A DNA stretch of 63,932 nucleotides, the filler included, from Octopus bimaculoides (Eukaryota): NCBI RefSeq assembly GCF_001194135.2. It is 9 parts of 7 records of this genome, joined end to end, with 100 filler letters (N's around TTAATTAATTAA, not from the genome) between each part and the next. Parts side by side here need not be neighbours in the genome. Positions count along the whole stretch, not along the records: positions 10,195 to 29,859 come from NC_068982.1; 8 more parts are not named here. One strand, written 5' to 3'. Of the stretch, positions 11,135 through 23,363 are shown one piece after another. The translations under genes were made by a program, and so were the position numbers. The notes under the pieces are model-generated. The model saw only the letters and a list, made by a program, of their open reading frames with translations, searched no databases and was not told the origin of the DNA. Each line of letters starts with the position of its first letter. Within the stretch, counting starts at the first letter, position 1.

Positions 11135-11660
11135 TTTATTTCACTCATGTGACTGCGGCCATGCTGGAGTACAACCGTGAGAGACTTTTTTTTTTAATCG
11201 AACACATTGACTCCAGTACACATTTATAAAGTCTGACCTCAATCGGCCTCTTAATGCCGAACCGCTGTTTTATGTGGACGGAAACAAACCAACATCGGTG
11301 CAGACTGGGACACACACACACACACACACACATTCTTTTACTTGTTTCAGTCATTTAACTGCGGTCATGCTGGAGCACCGTCTTTAGTCGAACAAATCGA
11401 CCCCTAGTACTTATCCTATCGGCCGCTTTTGCCGAACCGCTAAGTTACGGGAGACGTAGACAGACCAACATCGGTTGTCACGCGCACACACACACGACGG
11501 TCTTCTACACAGTTTCCGTCCACCAAACCCACTCACAAATTATTGGTCAAACTGGTGCTATAGCAGAAGACACTTGCCCAAAGTGCCGCGCAATGGCACT
11601 GAACCCGAGACCACGTTTTCCTGAGCAAGCTTCATTACTACACAGTCATACCTGCACCTA
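11135..11660 (-). mobile_element. Two nested or partial SINE family B copies
   Basis: gactgcggccatgctggag...gccgaaccgctaagttacgg...agaagacacttgcccaaagtgccgcgcaatggcactgaacccg; same modules as the full copy at 13350-13730. Confidence 0.8.
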
Positions 11661-11727
11661 CAGGTATTTTTCACTATCGCACCCCGATGGCTGTCGACGA
11701 CCGGTTGATTACCTGTAAAAGACTTCT

Positions 11728-11925
11728 GGCAGCAGCTAACAGAATCGTCAGCACGTCGGACAAAATGCTTAGCGACATTTCTTCCGGCTCTTTACGTTCT
11801 GAGTTCAAATTTCGCCGAGATGAGATCTGGCTTTCACCCCTTCGGGGTCGATAAAATAAGGTACCGGTCCAATACTGGGGGTTGATATAATTGACTTGCC
11901 TCTTACCCTCAAAATTGCTGGCCAT
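11728..11925 (+). mobile_element. SINE family A copy (degenerate)
   Basis: gaatcgtcagcacgtcggacaaaatgcttagcg...ttctgagttcaaat...tcggggtcgataaaataaggtacc. Confidence 0.8.
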
Positions 11926-13131
11926 GAATCTAGCAACGGACCGGCGTCCCGTTCAGCGGGGAATGTTGCGATCTCGTCATGGAAACCGAGTAGACGGCAT
12001 TCTGAGTTCTAGAGCTCGAGAAATAATAATCTACTATAATAATACTCTTGTGTTTTTCTCCGTCACAACATATAAATGAGGAAGGAAGGGGTGATGGCAA
12101 ACCTGGTAGTGGGATGATGGAAATTCTACGGTGAAGAAAACAATCAAACAGCGTTTTAACTCTGTGTGTGTATGTAAAAGAGTCGTGTGTGTGTGTGTGT
12201 AATGGAAGTGGGGTGGTGAACATTTAGCGCTGAAAAGAAAAATCAAACAGCGTTTCAACTCTGTGTGAGTATGTGTGTGTGTGTGTGTGTGTGTGTGTAC
12301 AAGGGATGTATGTGAATGTTTGTATGTGTGAACCAGCGTTCTTTCAGTAACATGCGATGATCGATGTCACATCTCAAAAAACAACCAGTAGATAGCATTG
12401 ATACGCGTATTAATTTGAATTACCATCCATATTCTGTTTTGTTAAAAATAATTATTACAATCACACACACCTACACATACATATACAAAGTCATTAGAGG
12501 AAATATTTATTGCTTGGGTGTATCAAGAATATAAAACGACTGCAGTTGAAAGGTATATTATAAATTTGGTAATAAAAGAATAATTAAACTAAAAACTTGG
12601 TTTTGTACCTTGTTTATATTTAAAATACTACAATTAGCCGTCATTTTTAACGGCACAGAGTCAGCTAGTAATAAATAAACAAGACAAATATGAATCGTTT
12701 CATGAATGCAATATGGAATATCAAAACAAGACTTCGATCACTAATTTCACCAGATGATTCACACACAATAAAAACTGGAAATATGAAAATTAAGCCAATT
12801 AAAAGATCCATCTGTTACCACTGTCGTCCTGTTCCCACCCCAGGACTTGATACTGTCCACTTTGAAAAGCTCAGCGTTAGACTATAATTTTGAGCAAGAT
12901 TTAGTTGCTATTTTTAGCAAATCGGACGACCACATAGAAGTTTCTTCTTATTGTGTTTTGTGTGAGATTGTTTCTTGTTTTTATATTTTTATTTTTAGTT
13001 GTGTGATTGGATTTTTATTTTTACAATGTTGCATTGTGGGATACATTTTATCTTTTCTTTTTCTTTTAGTCATTAGACTGCGGTCATGCTGGAATCATCC
13101 TCCCAATTATTCTATTCACTCTATTAAAATT

Positions 13132-13290
13132 GCAAGCTGGCAGAAGTTATCGCACCGGACCAGATGCTCAGTAGTATTTCTTCCGGCTCTTTGCATTTCT
13201 GAGTTCAAACTCTGCTCTGGTTGACTTTGCCTTTCATCCTTTTCGAGTCGATAAAATGAGTACCAGTTGCGCATTGGGGTTCGATGTAAT
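13132..13290 (+). mobile_element. SINE family A copy (degenerate)
   Basis: gctggcagaagttatcgcaccgg...tgagttcaaact...gactttgcctttcatccttttcgagtcgataaaatgagtaccag. Confidence 0.75.
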
Positions 13291-13349
13291 CGACTAGGGA
13301 GCTCTCGGCCATTTTTTGCCTATGGACCCCTTTGATTCCATTCGATGTA

Positions 13350-13527
13350 CTCTTTACTCTTTTACTCTTTTACTTGTTTCAGTCACTCGACCCCAGGACT
13401 TATTCTTTGTAAGCCTAGTACTTATTCTATCGGTCTCCTTTTGCCGAACCGCTAAGTTACGGGGACGTAAACACACCAGCATCGGTTGTCAAGTGATGTT
13501 GGGGGACGAGCACAGACACACAAACAT

Positions 13528-13558
<31 letters not shown>

Positions 13559-13730
13559 CATATATACGACGGGCTTCTTTCAGTTTCCGCCTACCAAATC
13601 CACTCACAAGGCTTTGGTCGGCCCGAGGCTATAGTAGATGACACTTACCGAAGGTGCCACGCAGTGGGACTGAACCCGGAACCATGTGGTTGGTAAGCAA
13701 GCTACTTACCACACAGCCACTCCTACGCCT
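13350..13730 (-). mobile_element. Full-length SINE family B (tRNA head, CORE/V-like block, internal (TA/CA)n, 3' body)
   Basis: Minus-strand head aggcgtaggagTGGCTGTGTGG...GGTTCAGTCCC (A/B boxes), then gcaccttcggtaagtgtcatctactatagcctcgggccgacc. Many related copies in the window. Confidence 0.9.
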
Positions 13731-13744
13731 AAACCGTTAAAATA

Positions 13745-13840
13745 TTTTGTGTATAACCAATTCATTGCACAAAAATTTTAACAGCAAAATCTTATAAGGA
13801 CCTCTAAGGGTCAAATGAACCCCAGTTGAGAACCGCTGGA
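13745..13840. mobile_element. One end of an hAT/Charlie-like MITE
   Basis: gaaccccagttgagaaccgctg: its reverse complement CAGCGGTTCTCAAC matches Charlie-type hAT termini. Other end not found. Confidence 0.45.
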
Positions 13841-13924
13841 CCAAACCCTCCCTTCAAAATCGTTATTCTTGGCCTCATGGCAAAATTAGAAAAGGATTTC
13901 ATTAACTCCATCATCATCATCGTT

Positions 13925-14110
13925 GTTTAACCCTAACGAGCGAGCAAACATATAATGAAAGACGTTCCAATCGTGACTATCCCATATCTTGGGGCTGATG
14001 TTGGTGGTTGGTGTTGTCTGGATTACATTATCTGGTATGATATTTTTTTAAGACGATAGCTTCTGTTTTGAAGGAGATTTGGCTGTTATTTCTTGCAGGT
14101 CAAGTGACCA
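13925..14110. mobile_element. Unclassified interspersed repeat (related pieces at ~10975-11060, ~55735-55900 reverse, ~61500-61610)
   Basis: Shared blocks such as ttttaagacg...ggagatttggctg(c/t)tatttct(t/a)gcagg and gttccaatcgtgactatccc recur in these places. Confidence 0.5.
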
Positions 14111-14139
14111 ATTTTCTGTTGCTGAATTCAGTGATCCGT

Positions 14140-14345
14140 ACTTCTGTCCCTTGGTGGGAGTTGTGCCGGTAATTCGAAGGGCCAGCCATGTCACGTTCTG
14201 TGCCCCACTGACTCTCTCACAGAACTATGTTAAGGGTACACGTGTCTGTGGAGTGCTCAACCACTTGCACGTTAATTTCATGAGCGGGCTGTTCCGTTGA
14301 TCAGATCAACAGGAACACTCATCGTCGTAAGCGACGGAGTGCCAG
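14140..14345 (+). mobile_element. 3' half of SINE family C
   Basis: gagaactatgttaagggtacacgtgtctgtggagtgctcaaccacttgcacgttaatttc...cgacggagtgcc matches 46490-46612. Confidence 0.85.
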
Positions 14346-14837
14346 TATATAGTTGATGGAACAACTGAATATTCATCATCGAAACGGACGGAGATCCATT
14401 CACTATATATGTTTATATACAAGGGCAGATACATAGATACTGTTACTAAAGATATCACAATAGACCACAACATTATGTTCTCCCTCCTCCTATCACTCCT
14501 TCGTATTCCCCTTCTCTCTCTCTGTCTTTCTCTCCCCAACTCCCTCTCCCTCTCTCACAATACTATCCTCTCTCCTCTGTCTATCCCCACCCCGACTCAT
14601 TCCTCGTCAACAATAGCCGGTTAAATCCTTTCACAAACTCGGGATCTTTACATAAATCTCTACAAAATCTCGGATGATCCGCCATTGTCACCAAATATCA
14701 ATACAAAATATCAATGACAGAGCTAAACCTCAAACACCAAAGCATTGACATTCCTTCTCTTTTTGCCAAGAAATTCCGTCTCAACAGTCGCCATCCTCTA
14801 CCCTTCCATCTCGTCGACGGGAAAAAATGTTATATCT

Positions 14838-14894
14838 ATCTGTCTGTCTGCCTGTCTGTCTCTCTCTGTATCTATCTATCTATCTATCTATCTA

Positions 14895-14935
<41 letters not shown>

Positions 14936-14937
14936 GA

Positions 14938-14971
<34 letters not shown>

Positions 14972-15137
14972 GTCTGCCTGTCTATCTCTCTCTCTCTCTC
15001 TCTCTATCTATCTCTGTATGTCTCTCTATCTCTATCTGTCTTTCGGTCTGCTTGTCTGTCTGTCTGGTTTTATCTATCACTCTATTTGTCTATCTACCAA
15101 TCTGTCTGTTTGTCTGTCAGTCTGCATGCTTTTCCGC

Positions 15138-15219
<82 letters not shown>

Positions 15220-15230
15220 GGCTGTCTGTC
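14838..15230. repeat. Compound (TCTG)/(TCTA)/(TC)n microsatellite
   Basis: Direct reading; explains the S/L/C/V-rich ORFs. Confidence 0.95.
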
Positions 15231-15504
15231 TATTTTCTTTATGTATCTATGTTATAGTTATATGGAAATTGTGTGTGTGTGTGTGTATTCGCGCGTGTTT
15301 GAAGACCTTGGCTATGTTCCAAATATGAAACATAAATATCTTATACTTTGGAATAAAACGTTCCAAGCTCCGTCAACGATTCAAGACCTGGGGTTTTTTT
15401 TATCTTACAGACGAAACAAAGTGTGTTTACTGTTTAACCCAGAGTGGGACTATCGTCGAAAATTAGTCTGTGACCATCCCATCTATTTATGCATATGTAC
15501 ACGA

Positions 15505-15546
<42 letters not shown>

Positions 15547-15989
15547 TATAACTGAGAGTACATTATTCAATGTATCTTCTAAATGTTTCAGTCACTAGAG
15601 TGCGGTCATGCTGGGGCACCGACTTGAAGGGTTTTTAGTCGGACAAATCGACCCCTGAATTTATGTTCTTTTCTNNNNNNNNNNNNNNNNNNNNNNNNNN
15701 NNNNNNNNNNNNNNNNNNNNNNNNNNNNNNNNNNNNNNNNNNNNNNNNNNNNNNNNNNNNNNNNNNNNNNNNNNNNNNNNNNNNNNNNNNNNNNNNNNNN
15801 NNNNNNNNNNNNNNNNNNNNNNNNNNNNNNNNNNNNNNNNNNNNNNNNNNNNNNNNNNNNNNNNNNNNNNNNNNNNNNNNNNNNNNNNNNNNNNNNNNNN
15901 NNNNNNNNNNNNNNNNNNNNNNNNNNNNNNNNNNNNNNNNNNNNNNNNNNNNNNNNNNNNNNNNNNNNNNNNNNNNNNNNNNNNNNNNN

Positions 15990-16200
15990 ATATATATATG
16001 TATGTGTGTGTTTGTTCCCCCAACATCGCTTGACAACCGATACTGGTGTGTTTACGTCCCCGTAACTTAGCGGTTAGGCAAAAGAGTCCGATAGAATAAG
16101 TACTAGGCTTCCAAAGAATAAGTCCTGGGGTCGATTTGCTCGACTAAAGGCGGTGCTCCAGCATGGCCGCAGTCAAATGACTGAAACAAGTAAAAGAGTA
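15990..16200 (+). mobile_element. 3' body of SINE family B
   Basis: ccccaacatcgcttgacaaccgatactggtgtgtttacgtccccgtaacttagcgg...gcatggccgcagtcaaatgactgaaacaagtaaaagag. Confidence 0.9.
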
Positions 16201-16297
16201 TATATATACATACGACGGGTTTTCTTTATTTTCCGTTTACCAAATCCACTCACAAAGCTTTCGTCAGGCTGAGGCTATAGAAGAAGACACCTGCCCA

Positions 16298-16530
16298 AGG
16301 TACCATGTATTGGAACTGAAACTCAAGCCATGTGTTTGGGAAGCAAACTTCGTACCAAACAGCCATATGTTTTTACACCCAATAGGACATGATAGATATG
16401 AAGGCGATTTAGCTGGTATTTCCAGCAGGATAGGTTACTCTCTAGACGTTTTCTCCTCTGCCAATGGTAGTAGTTGTTGATGTTTAAATTCTGGGCAAGA
16501 ATCTTAGGAATGGTGTTGTGTCTGTTTCTC
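16298..16530 (+). repeat. Left arm of a 233-bp near-perfect inverted duplication (includes the 5' head of a minus-strand family B SINE at ~16205-16357)
   Basis: Reverse complement of 17944-18176, with 3 substitutions counted by eye. Confidence 0.92.
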
Positions 16531-16684
16531 TCTCGTTATCGCCACCAGACTTCCAATTTCCTCAACGTGAAGGAATCATCTTGTTTGTTTTTGTTTTGCA
16601 GTAACGAAGAAATAGTTTGGCATTTGGTCTGGTTTTTAAGTGTTTCATTTTCGATACCATCCTGGTGATGATGATGGTCATCGT

Positions 16685-16942
16685 ATCTTTTATCTTTTGC
16701 TTGGTTCGCTCATTAGACTGCGACCATGCTGGGGCACCGCTTTGAAGAAGTTTTACTCGAACGAATCGATCACAACGGTTGATTTTTTTTAAAAGCCTGG
16801 CGCTTATTCAATTGGTCTCTTTTGTTGAACTGCTAGATCACGGGGACGTTAACACACTAACACCGGTTGTCGAGCAGTGTCGTGGGGGATAAATACGAAC
16901 ACAAAAACACAACATACATACACGTGTGTGTGTGTGTGTGTC

Positions 16943-16973
<31 letters not shown>

Positions 16974-16984
16974 GTATATATATA
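16685..16984 (-). mobile_element. Degenerate SINE family B 3' body
   Basis: gactgcgaccatgctggggcaccgc...ggggacgttaacacactaacaccggttgtc. Confidence 0.75.
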
Positions 16985-17943
16985 NNNNNNNNNNNNNNNN
17001 NNNNNNNNNNNNNNNNNNNNNNNNNNNNNNNNNNNNNNNNNNNNNNNNNNNNNNNNNNNNNNNNNNNNNNNNNNNNNNNNNNNNNNNNNNNNNNNNNNNN
17101 NNNNNNNNNNNNNNNNNNNNNNNNNNNNNNNNNNNNNNNNNNNNNNNNNNNNNNNNNNNNNNNNNNNNNNNNNNNNNNNNNNNNNNNNNNNNNNNNNNNN
17201 NNNNNNNNNNNNNNNNNNNNNNNNNNNNNNNNNNNNNNNNNNNNNNNNNNNNNNNNNNNNNNNNNNNNNNNNNNNNNNNNNNNNNNNNNNNNNNNNNNNN
17301 NNNNNNNNNNNNNNNNNNNNNNNNNNNNNNNNNNNNNNNNNNNNNNNNNNNNNNNNNNNNNNNNNNNNNNNNNNNNNNNNNNNNNNNNNNNNNNNNNNNN
17401 NNNNNNNNNNNNNNNNNNNNNNNNNNNNNNNNNNNNNNNNNNNNNNNNNNNNNNNNNNNNNNNNNNNNNNNNNNNNNNNNNNNNNNNNNNNNNNNNNNNN
17501 NNNNNNNNNNNNNNNNNNNNNNNNNNNNNNNNNNNNNNNNNNNNNNNNNNNNNNNNNNNNNNNNNNNNNNNNNNNNNNNNNNNNNNNNNNNNNNNNNNNN
17601 NNNNNNNNNNNNNNNNNNNNNNNNNNNNNNNNNNNNNNNNNNNNNNNNNNNNNNNNNNNNNNNNNNNNNNNNNNNNNNNNNNNNNNNNNNNNNNNNNNNN
17701 NNNNNNNNNNNNNNNNNNNNNNNNNNNNTTCGTAACCACACGGCCATGCATATTTATATCCGTTATTAAAAGTTAACATATATTTCGAAAACTCGTCTCC
17801 GAGGCCATCATCGACTCAGTGGCCCACAAATAATTTTAATTTGAACAAATTCTTAGAAACGCTCAATGGCGGCAGAAACCTAGTTATTGCCAACTCCAGC
17901 TTTAAACAATTGAATTTTTAATATTTCCTACATTTTACCCTAT

Positions 17944-18176
17944 GAGAAACAGACACAACACCATTCCTAAGATTCTTGCCCAGAATTTAAACATCAACAA
18001 CTACTACCATTGGCAGAGGAGAAAACGTCTAGAGAGTAACCTATCCTGCTGGAAATACCAGCTAAATCGCTTTCATATCTATCATGTCCTATTGGGTGTA
18101 AAAACATATGGCTGTTTGGTAAGAAGTTTGCTTCCCAAACACATGGCTTGAGTTTCAGTCCCAATACATGGTACCT
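17944..18176 (-). repeat. Right arm of the 233-bp inverted duplication
   Basis: Reverse complement of 16298-16530. Confidence 0.92.
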
Positions 18177-18395
18177 AAGGCTGCCAGAAACGTTAGCACG
18201 CCGGACGAAATGCTTAGCGGTATTTCGTCTGTCTTTATGTTTTGAGTTCAAATTCCGCCGAGGTCGACTTTGCCTTTCATCCTTTCGGGGGTCGATAAAT
18301 TAAGTACCAGATGCGTACTGAGGTCGATCTAATCGACTGCACCCCAACCCCCCAACCCCCAAATTTCGGGTTTTGTGCCTAGAGTACAAAAGAAT
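18177..18395 (+). mobile_element. SINE family A copy abutting the inverted-duplication breakpoint
   Basis: cagaaacgttagcacgccggacgaaatgcttagcggtatttcg...gaggtcgactttgcctttcatcctttcggggg. Confidence 0.9.
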
Positions 18396-19032
18396 ATTTC
18401 CGACATTAAATTTATTCAAACTAGCTTAACTACAGAAGCAGGTTTCAGGTTCAGTCCCACTGCGTGGAGCCTTGGGCAGGTCTCTTCTATAGCCCATGGT
18501 CGACTAAAGCCTCGTGAATAAATATGGTAGAAGAAGCCTGTCGTGTGTGTGTGTGTGAATGTGTTAACATAATCAAATTCGCGGCAATATATATGCAAAT
18601 TGGTTTACTCAATATTTGATTGAGAACTGTTTTATAATGTAGCTCGTTACAAGTCACTTAACATCTTAATTGACCAATGAAATTAAGTGAAGCTTCATAA
18701 TTGTTAGTGGCGTCAGAAACCAACCAAGTGTTGTTCCGATAACGATGGAGTGTGGTGTTATCAAAATTCAACTAACAGCAAGACGGTACCTTCCAAATAT
18801 ACGCTTGTTAAGTTAGTGTTAATATATGTATTTCATACGAGGAGCATTGAAAAAGAACTAATAAGAAATAATTATGTGGTGTGAAAACATACCTTCGCTC
18901 TGTGACTGATATTATTTTAAACATTTCAGCAAGTTGGGAGAGGGGATAAATCAGGACGCATTTCTGACTAATTAGATTTCATTAGCGAAGTATAGATGTC
19001 ACCATACCTCCTGAAATAATACTGAGAGTCAC

Positions 19033-19935
19033 TATGAGATGGTATCAAAAGGTCCCCGGACTAGCTAGGCTTAATAAAAAAATAACTTATTTACGTAAGT
19101 TTTAATATCATCTCCTTCGAAATAGTCACCTTGCGCAGCAATACACCGGTCCTAGCGTTCCTGCTACTTTTCGAGTCTAGGACCTTCTGCGAGTCACTCT
19201 GGATCTCGAGTCAAGGACCTTCTGCGATTCACTCTGGATCTCGACAACGGTATTAAAACGGCGACCTTTGAGCTGCATTTTCATCTTGGAGAAGAGATGG
19301 AAGTCCGCAGGGGCTAAATCTGGCGAATGGGGGCAGGTGCGGAAGCGATATCACGTTGTCTTTGGCAAGAAACTCGCGAGTGGGGAAAGCTCGGTAATAG
19401 GGTGCATTGTCGCTGTGAAGAATCCATGGATCCGGTCACTTTCGCCGAATGTCCCCCGTGAAACGCTTCAGAACATCGCAGTAGAACTCTCGACTGACGG
19501 TCTGGCCCTTAGGGACGAATTCTTGATGCACAATACCACGTTTCTTGAGGTGACGCTCGTGGCAGATCTTCCAGTTCGCTCATCGTCTTCCAGAGACGTT
19601 CTTCCGCTTTTGAAGCGCCCGTGCCACTCGAAACATTGCGTACGACCCATTGCCTCGTCACCGTAAGCTTGCCGAAGCATACTCAATGTCTTCATAGCAG
19701 ACTTGCCAAGTTCAACGCAGAATTTCTCGTTGGCTCTTTGACAAAATCGCAGACTGCAGCATACATGAGATCACCAAAACACAAATTTCACAACTTGCGA
19801 AGTAAACACAGCGATATTACTCGGAACACTGCCCCATGAAAGTTACTGTTAGTTCTCACTGCGCACGCAACCGTATGCTGCCATCTGTCTGCGCGCTACA
19901 GAACTAGTCCGGGAACTTCTTGATACCACCTCGTA
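19033..19935 (-). mobile_element. Internally deleted mariner (Tc1/mariner superfamily) DNA transposon
   Basis: Imperfect ~30-bp TIRs TA-tgagatggtatcaaaaggtccccggactag and ctagtccgggaacttctttgataccacctcg-TA, with TA target duplication. 35-bp internal tandem duplication at 19171-19240. Confidence 0.95.
19130..19745 (-). pseudogene. Disrupted mariner transposase
   Basis: QRANEKFCVELGKSAMKTLSMLRQAYGDEAMGRTQCFEWHGRFKSGRTSLEDDERTGR (HTH region) is joined by frameshift to GIVHQEFVPKGQTV...LHSDNAP and then SPDLAPADFHLF. The WVPHEL and first catalytic D region is missing. Confidence 0.92.
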
Positions 19936-21119
19936 AGTAGATATATATTATTGTACAGATAACCATATAGATAATATTATAACTATGATAGCATACAACA
20001 ATTTATCACGCGTGTAGGTATGGAAAAATAGCGTAATTAAAAGCAAATAAATTACCGGAGTTAATAACTTAGAGATGTCATCTGCACGAAAAATAATAGT
20101 TAATGTTAACGTACTGAATATAATGGGTATTAAAATGATAAGCAGAAACAATTATGTAGCAAATGAAAGCATAAATATACGATGGTATATTAGGTTAACC
20201 GAACTTCTAGCTAGTTGTAAACCGCTCAATGTCTCAGTTGACCAATGAAATTAAGTGAAGCTTCACGACTGTAGATGACATTAGACACCAAACAATGGTA
20301 GTTACAATTACGATGGAGTATGGTATTACCAGCAAGACATTATCTCTCGAATGTACGCTGGTTAAGCTAGTGTTAATGTCAGGAACATTAATAAGCCAAG
20401 TTAATTAGAAATAACTATAAGATGCGGAAAAAATACATTAGCTCTGTGATAGAAAAATAATAAAGTTAGCGTTAACATACTGAATGTAAGAGGCATTAAA
20501 AAAATATAAGTAGAAATAATTCTGTGACAAAAAACATAAATATACTTCAGACTGTTAGGTTTACCGAATCTCTAGAACGTGTGATGATGAATAGCGAAAA
20601 CTGACGGATAGAATGCTGGCGATATATATATATATATCGTTGCTATTATGCAAAATTGTCGTCAGTCCAAAACGTTGCATTTTTTTTTTTTTTTCAGAAA
20701 ACGAAAAAATAGTTTCATCATTCCATTTCTTTTTACATTAGCGACAGTTTCAGCTTAACGATAATACTTTGTTGGATGCATAAAATCGTTACTCCATGCA
20801 TGTATGATATTTTCAATCAGAAATATTTTTGCAAAACTGTCGTATGTGGAACTTACTACACTTTTGAAAAAATGCTAAACCGTTGTATTACACTTTGACA
20901 ATTTTCATATTTTGGCATCTGAAGCAGCTGAAGATACGATAGTTTGACCAAAAGAACCGCCATTGCAAGCAAAATTAAATATTGAAAAAAAAAAAAAAAT
21001 GCATTTGGCCAAATTTGGACATACAACAGTTTAATACAATAGCAACGATGTGTGTGTGTGTGTGTTTGTGTTAACTGAGCCCAACGAGCTGGGTTTCTGT
21101 AAGAACCCTACGAAACAAG

Positions 21120-21415
21120 TTGCATGGGACCGAATCAAACTGATTTAAATTATATGGTGGACTCTACTTGTAAACGACAGATGACGGTTTTGCAATTTCC
21201 TGTTCAACAACGGTGCACAAATGACTTATTTATAATGATCAAATGTTTGTGTTGTACTTCTGTGCATTTCCTCCATCAAATCGGCATTCCATGGACAGGT
21301 GTACTGTGTGCCACATGGCAGATGCCCAAGTGATAGTAGAGTAACGTGAAATGAAAGTATTTTCCTCAAGAACACAATGCAATGCTCAATCCGGAAATCG
21401 AAACCACGATTTTTC
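21120..21415 (-). mobile_element. Degenerate SINE family D copy
   Basis: gagtaacgtgaaatgaaagtatttttcctcaagaacacaatgc...ccggaaatcgaaaccacg, with a different 3' body. Confidence 0.65.
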
Positions 21416-21419
21416 GTAT

Positions 21420-21820
21420 TTGTAGGGAGGGAGGCAGTCGATTACATCGAGCCAGTGTTTCACTGGTACTTATTTCATCGACCCCGAAAGGATGAAAGGC
21501 AAAGTTGAGATCGCCGGAATTTGAACCCAGAACGTGAAGACGGACGAAATACCGCTAAGCATTTCGCCCGGCATACTAACGTTTCTTATTTCTTTATTAA
21601 CCACAAGGGGCTACACACAGAGGGGACAAACAAGGACAGACAAACGGATTAAGGCGATTATATCGACCCCAGTGCGTAACTGGTACATATTTAATCGACC
21701 CCGAAAGCATGAAAGGCAAAGTCGACCTCGGCGGAATTTGAACTCAGAACGTAACGGCAAACGAAATACCGCTAAGCATTTCGCCCTGCGTGCTAATGTT
21801 TCTACCAGCTCGCCACCTTA
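21420..21820 (-). mobile_element. Dimeric SINE family A
   Basis: Minus strand: full monomer + tail ...taaagaaataagaaacgttag + second monomer lacking the first ~15 nt. Confidence 0.9.
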
Positions 21821-21829
21821 ATGAATAAT

Positions 21830-21832
21830 AAT

Positions 21833-21874
<42 letters not shown>

Positions 21875-21877
21875 AAC

Positions 21878-21918
<41 letters not shown>
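21830..21918. repeat. (AAC)n(AAT)n microsatellite
   Basis: Direct reading. Confidence 0.95.
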
Positions 21919-21919
<1 letters not shown>

Positions 21920-23363
21920 CTTCTCAAGATAAAACATCTGTTTCAACACAGGATTTCGCATAAAGAACCTTACAGAACAAATATGTGTGTGTAAACATAT
22001 ACAGAAAGTGAGAGAGAGAAACAGAGGGGAGACGAACATAGAATAAAGAAAATAGGGTAGGACTTCAATGATAAATGGCCTCTGTGTGAAACTGGTAAAA
22101 AGCAAACGGCAACGAAAGATAAAGAGAGGTTAAATCGAAAGAAGCATGTTTATGTACGGAGAGGAGGTTCATTCTAATTGGTGGGGTATGTTAGATAGAA
22201 AAGGAAAATCGGTTAGAAAAAGAGAGATAGATACATATGAAGAGTGAGCGGGGGGAGAGAGTGGTAAAATTGATAAGGATAAACAAACAGATTGAGAGAA
22301 GTATTGAATGAATATTAAAGGAAATAAATGGCTTGTTTATTAGCAGACGATGTTGGTGGTTGTAGAAAGAGGATTTGAAAGGGAATAAAAATGAGAATAA
22401 AATAAAAGAAGTTTGTAAAACAGAACAGTAAAAGCAATTTCAGCTGCGAAAATTTGTTAGTAAATAAACGGATGTTGTTATTACTGTTGCATGCACTTGG
22501 GATACAGATGGCTCAAGTCAAATACGCAGTGCATTTCGAAAGCAGCCCTCGTTCGTAGTCGTACTTGGTAACGTAACCTAATCTAGAATATTTCAGTTAT
22601 GTACTTCTAGAAAGACGGGATGAAACCTTTGAAATCGGAGATGTCAGTTTTGTTGATGAGGGCAAAAAAAGAAGAAAAAAAAGTGAAAATCTCAACTTAT
22701 CTATTAGTTTCTGAATTGAATTATTCTAGAGTAATGTTCTAACTCAGCCTCAAATCGACATTGATATTGGTAATAAATATGGGAATATACACCCGCCTCA
22801 CACATATACGCGCTTTCTGTCAATGAATAGAAGCAGCAGCAGTTAGGGTTTCCTTCTTACGGGTCAAGTTTCTCACTTCTTATCCCAAATGCTTTTAAAA
22901 CTAATGTACATTTTTTTTAATGATTTCAGGAAAAGTAAAACAAAACGTGTAAGAATCTAGTAATTTTTAGAACAAAATGTAACATTTTTTCTTCTCAAAT
23001 CTGGCCTCTCGAAATAAACTACAGAACTTCTTATCTGCAAGTTTAACTAAAGCATAAGACTCGTTAAGTCTAATTAAGCTGTAATATATCAGGAAAGGAA
23101 CTGTTCGTCTTTAAATCCTCCCCGAAACATCTGCCTATCTCGATATCGCCTGCCATGTCTCTTGGGAGAGATACACTGAAGAGATATTCCTTTCCTGCTT
23201 CGGAACCTAAGGTTTTTTTTTTCTTTTCTTTTTTCTTTTCTTCTTAATGATGGAAAGTTAGGAGCTGTAAGGATGCGCACAGTTTTGTCAGTGGCCTAAG
23301 GCACATCAAATGAAATGGTTACATCTCGGAATCAAAACCTGATCGTAAACTTAGCTCGATATG

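Larger units (their letters stand above)
18640..20580. repeat. Old degenerate tandem array, ~0.36-kb unit, interrupted by the mariner
   Basis: ttgaccaatgaaattaagtgaagcttca is identical at 18670 and 20238, with flanking similarity. gaaaaataa...ttaggtt(a/t)accgaa recurs at 20088/20452 and 20190/20555 (offset ~365). Confidence 0.6.

Noticed and set aside
23090-23197. Hairpin closed by caggaaaggaa/ttcctttcctg; possible pre-miRNA
   Set aside because: Only the outer 11 bp pair well. The inner stem has many mismatches and lacks a ~22-bp duplex next to the loop.
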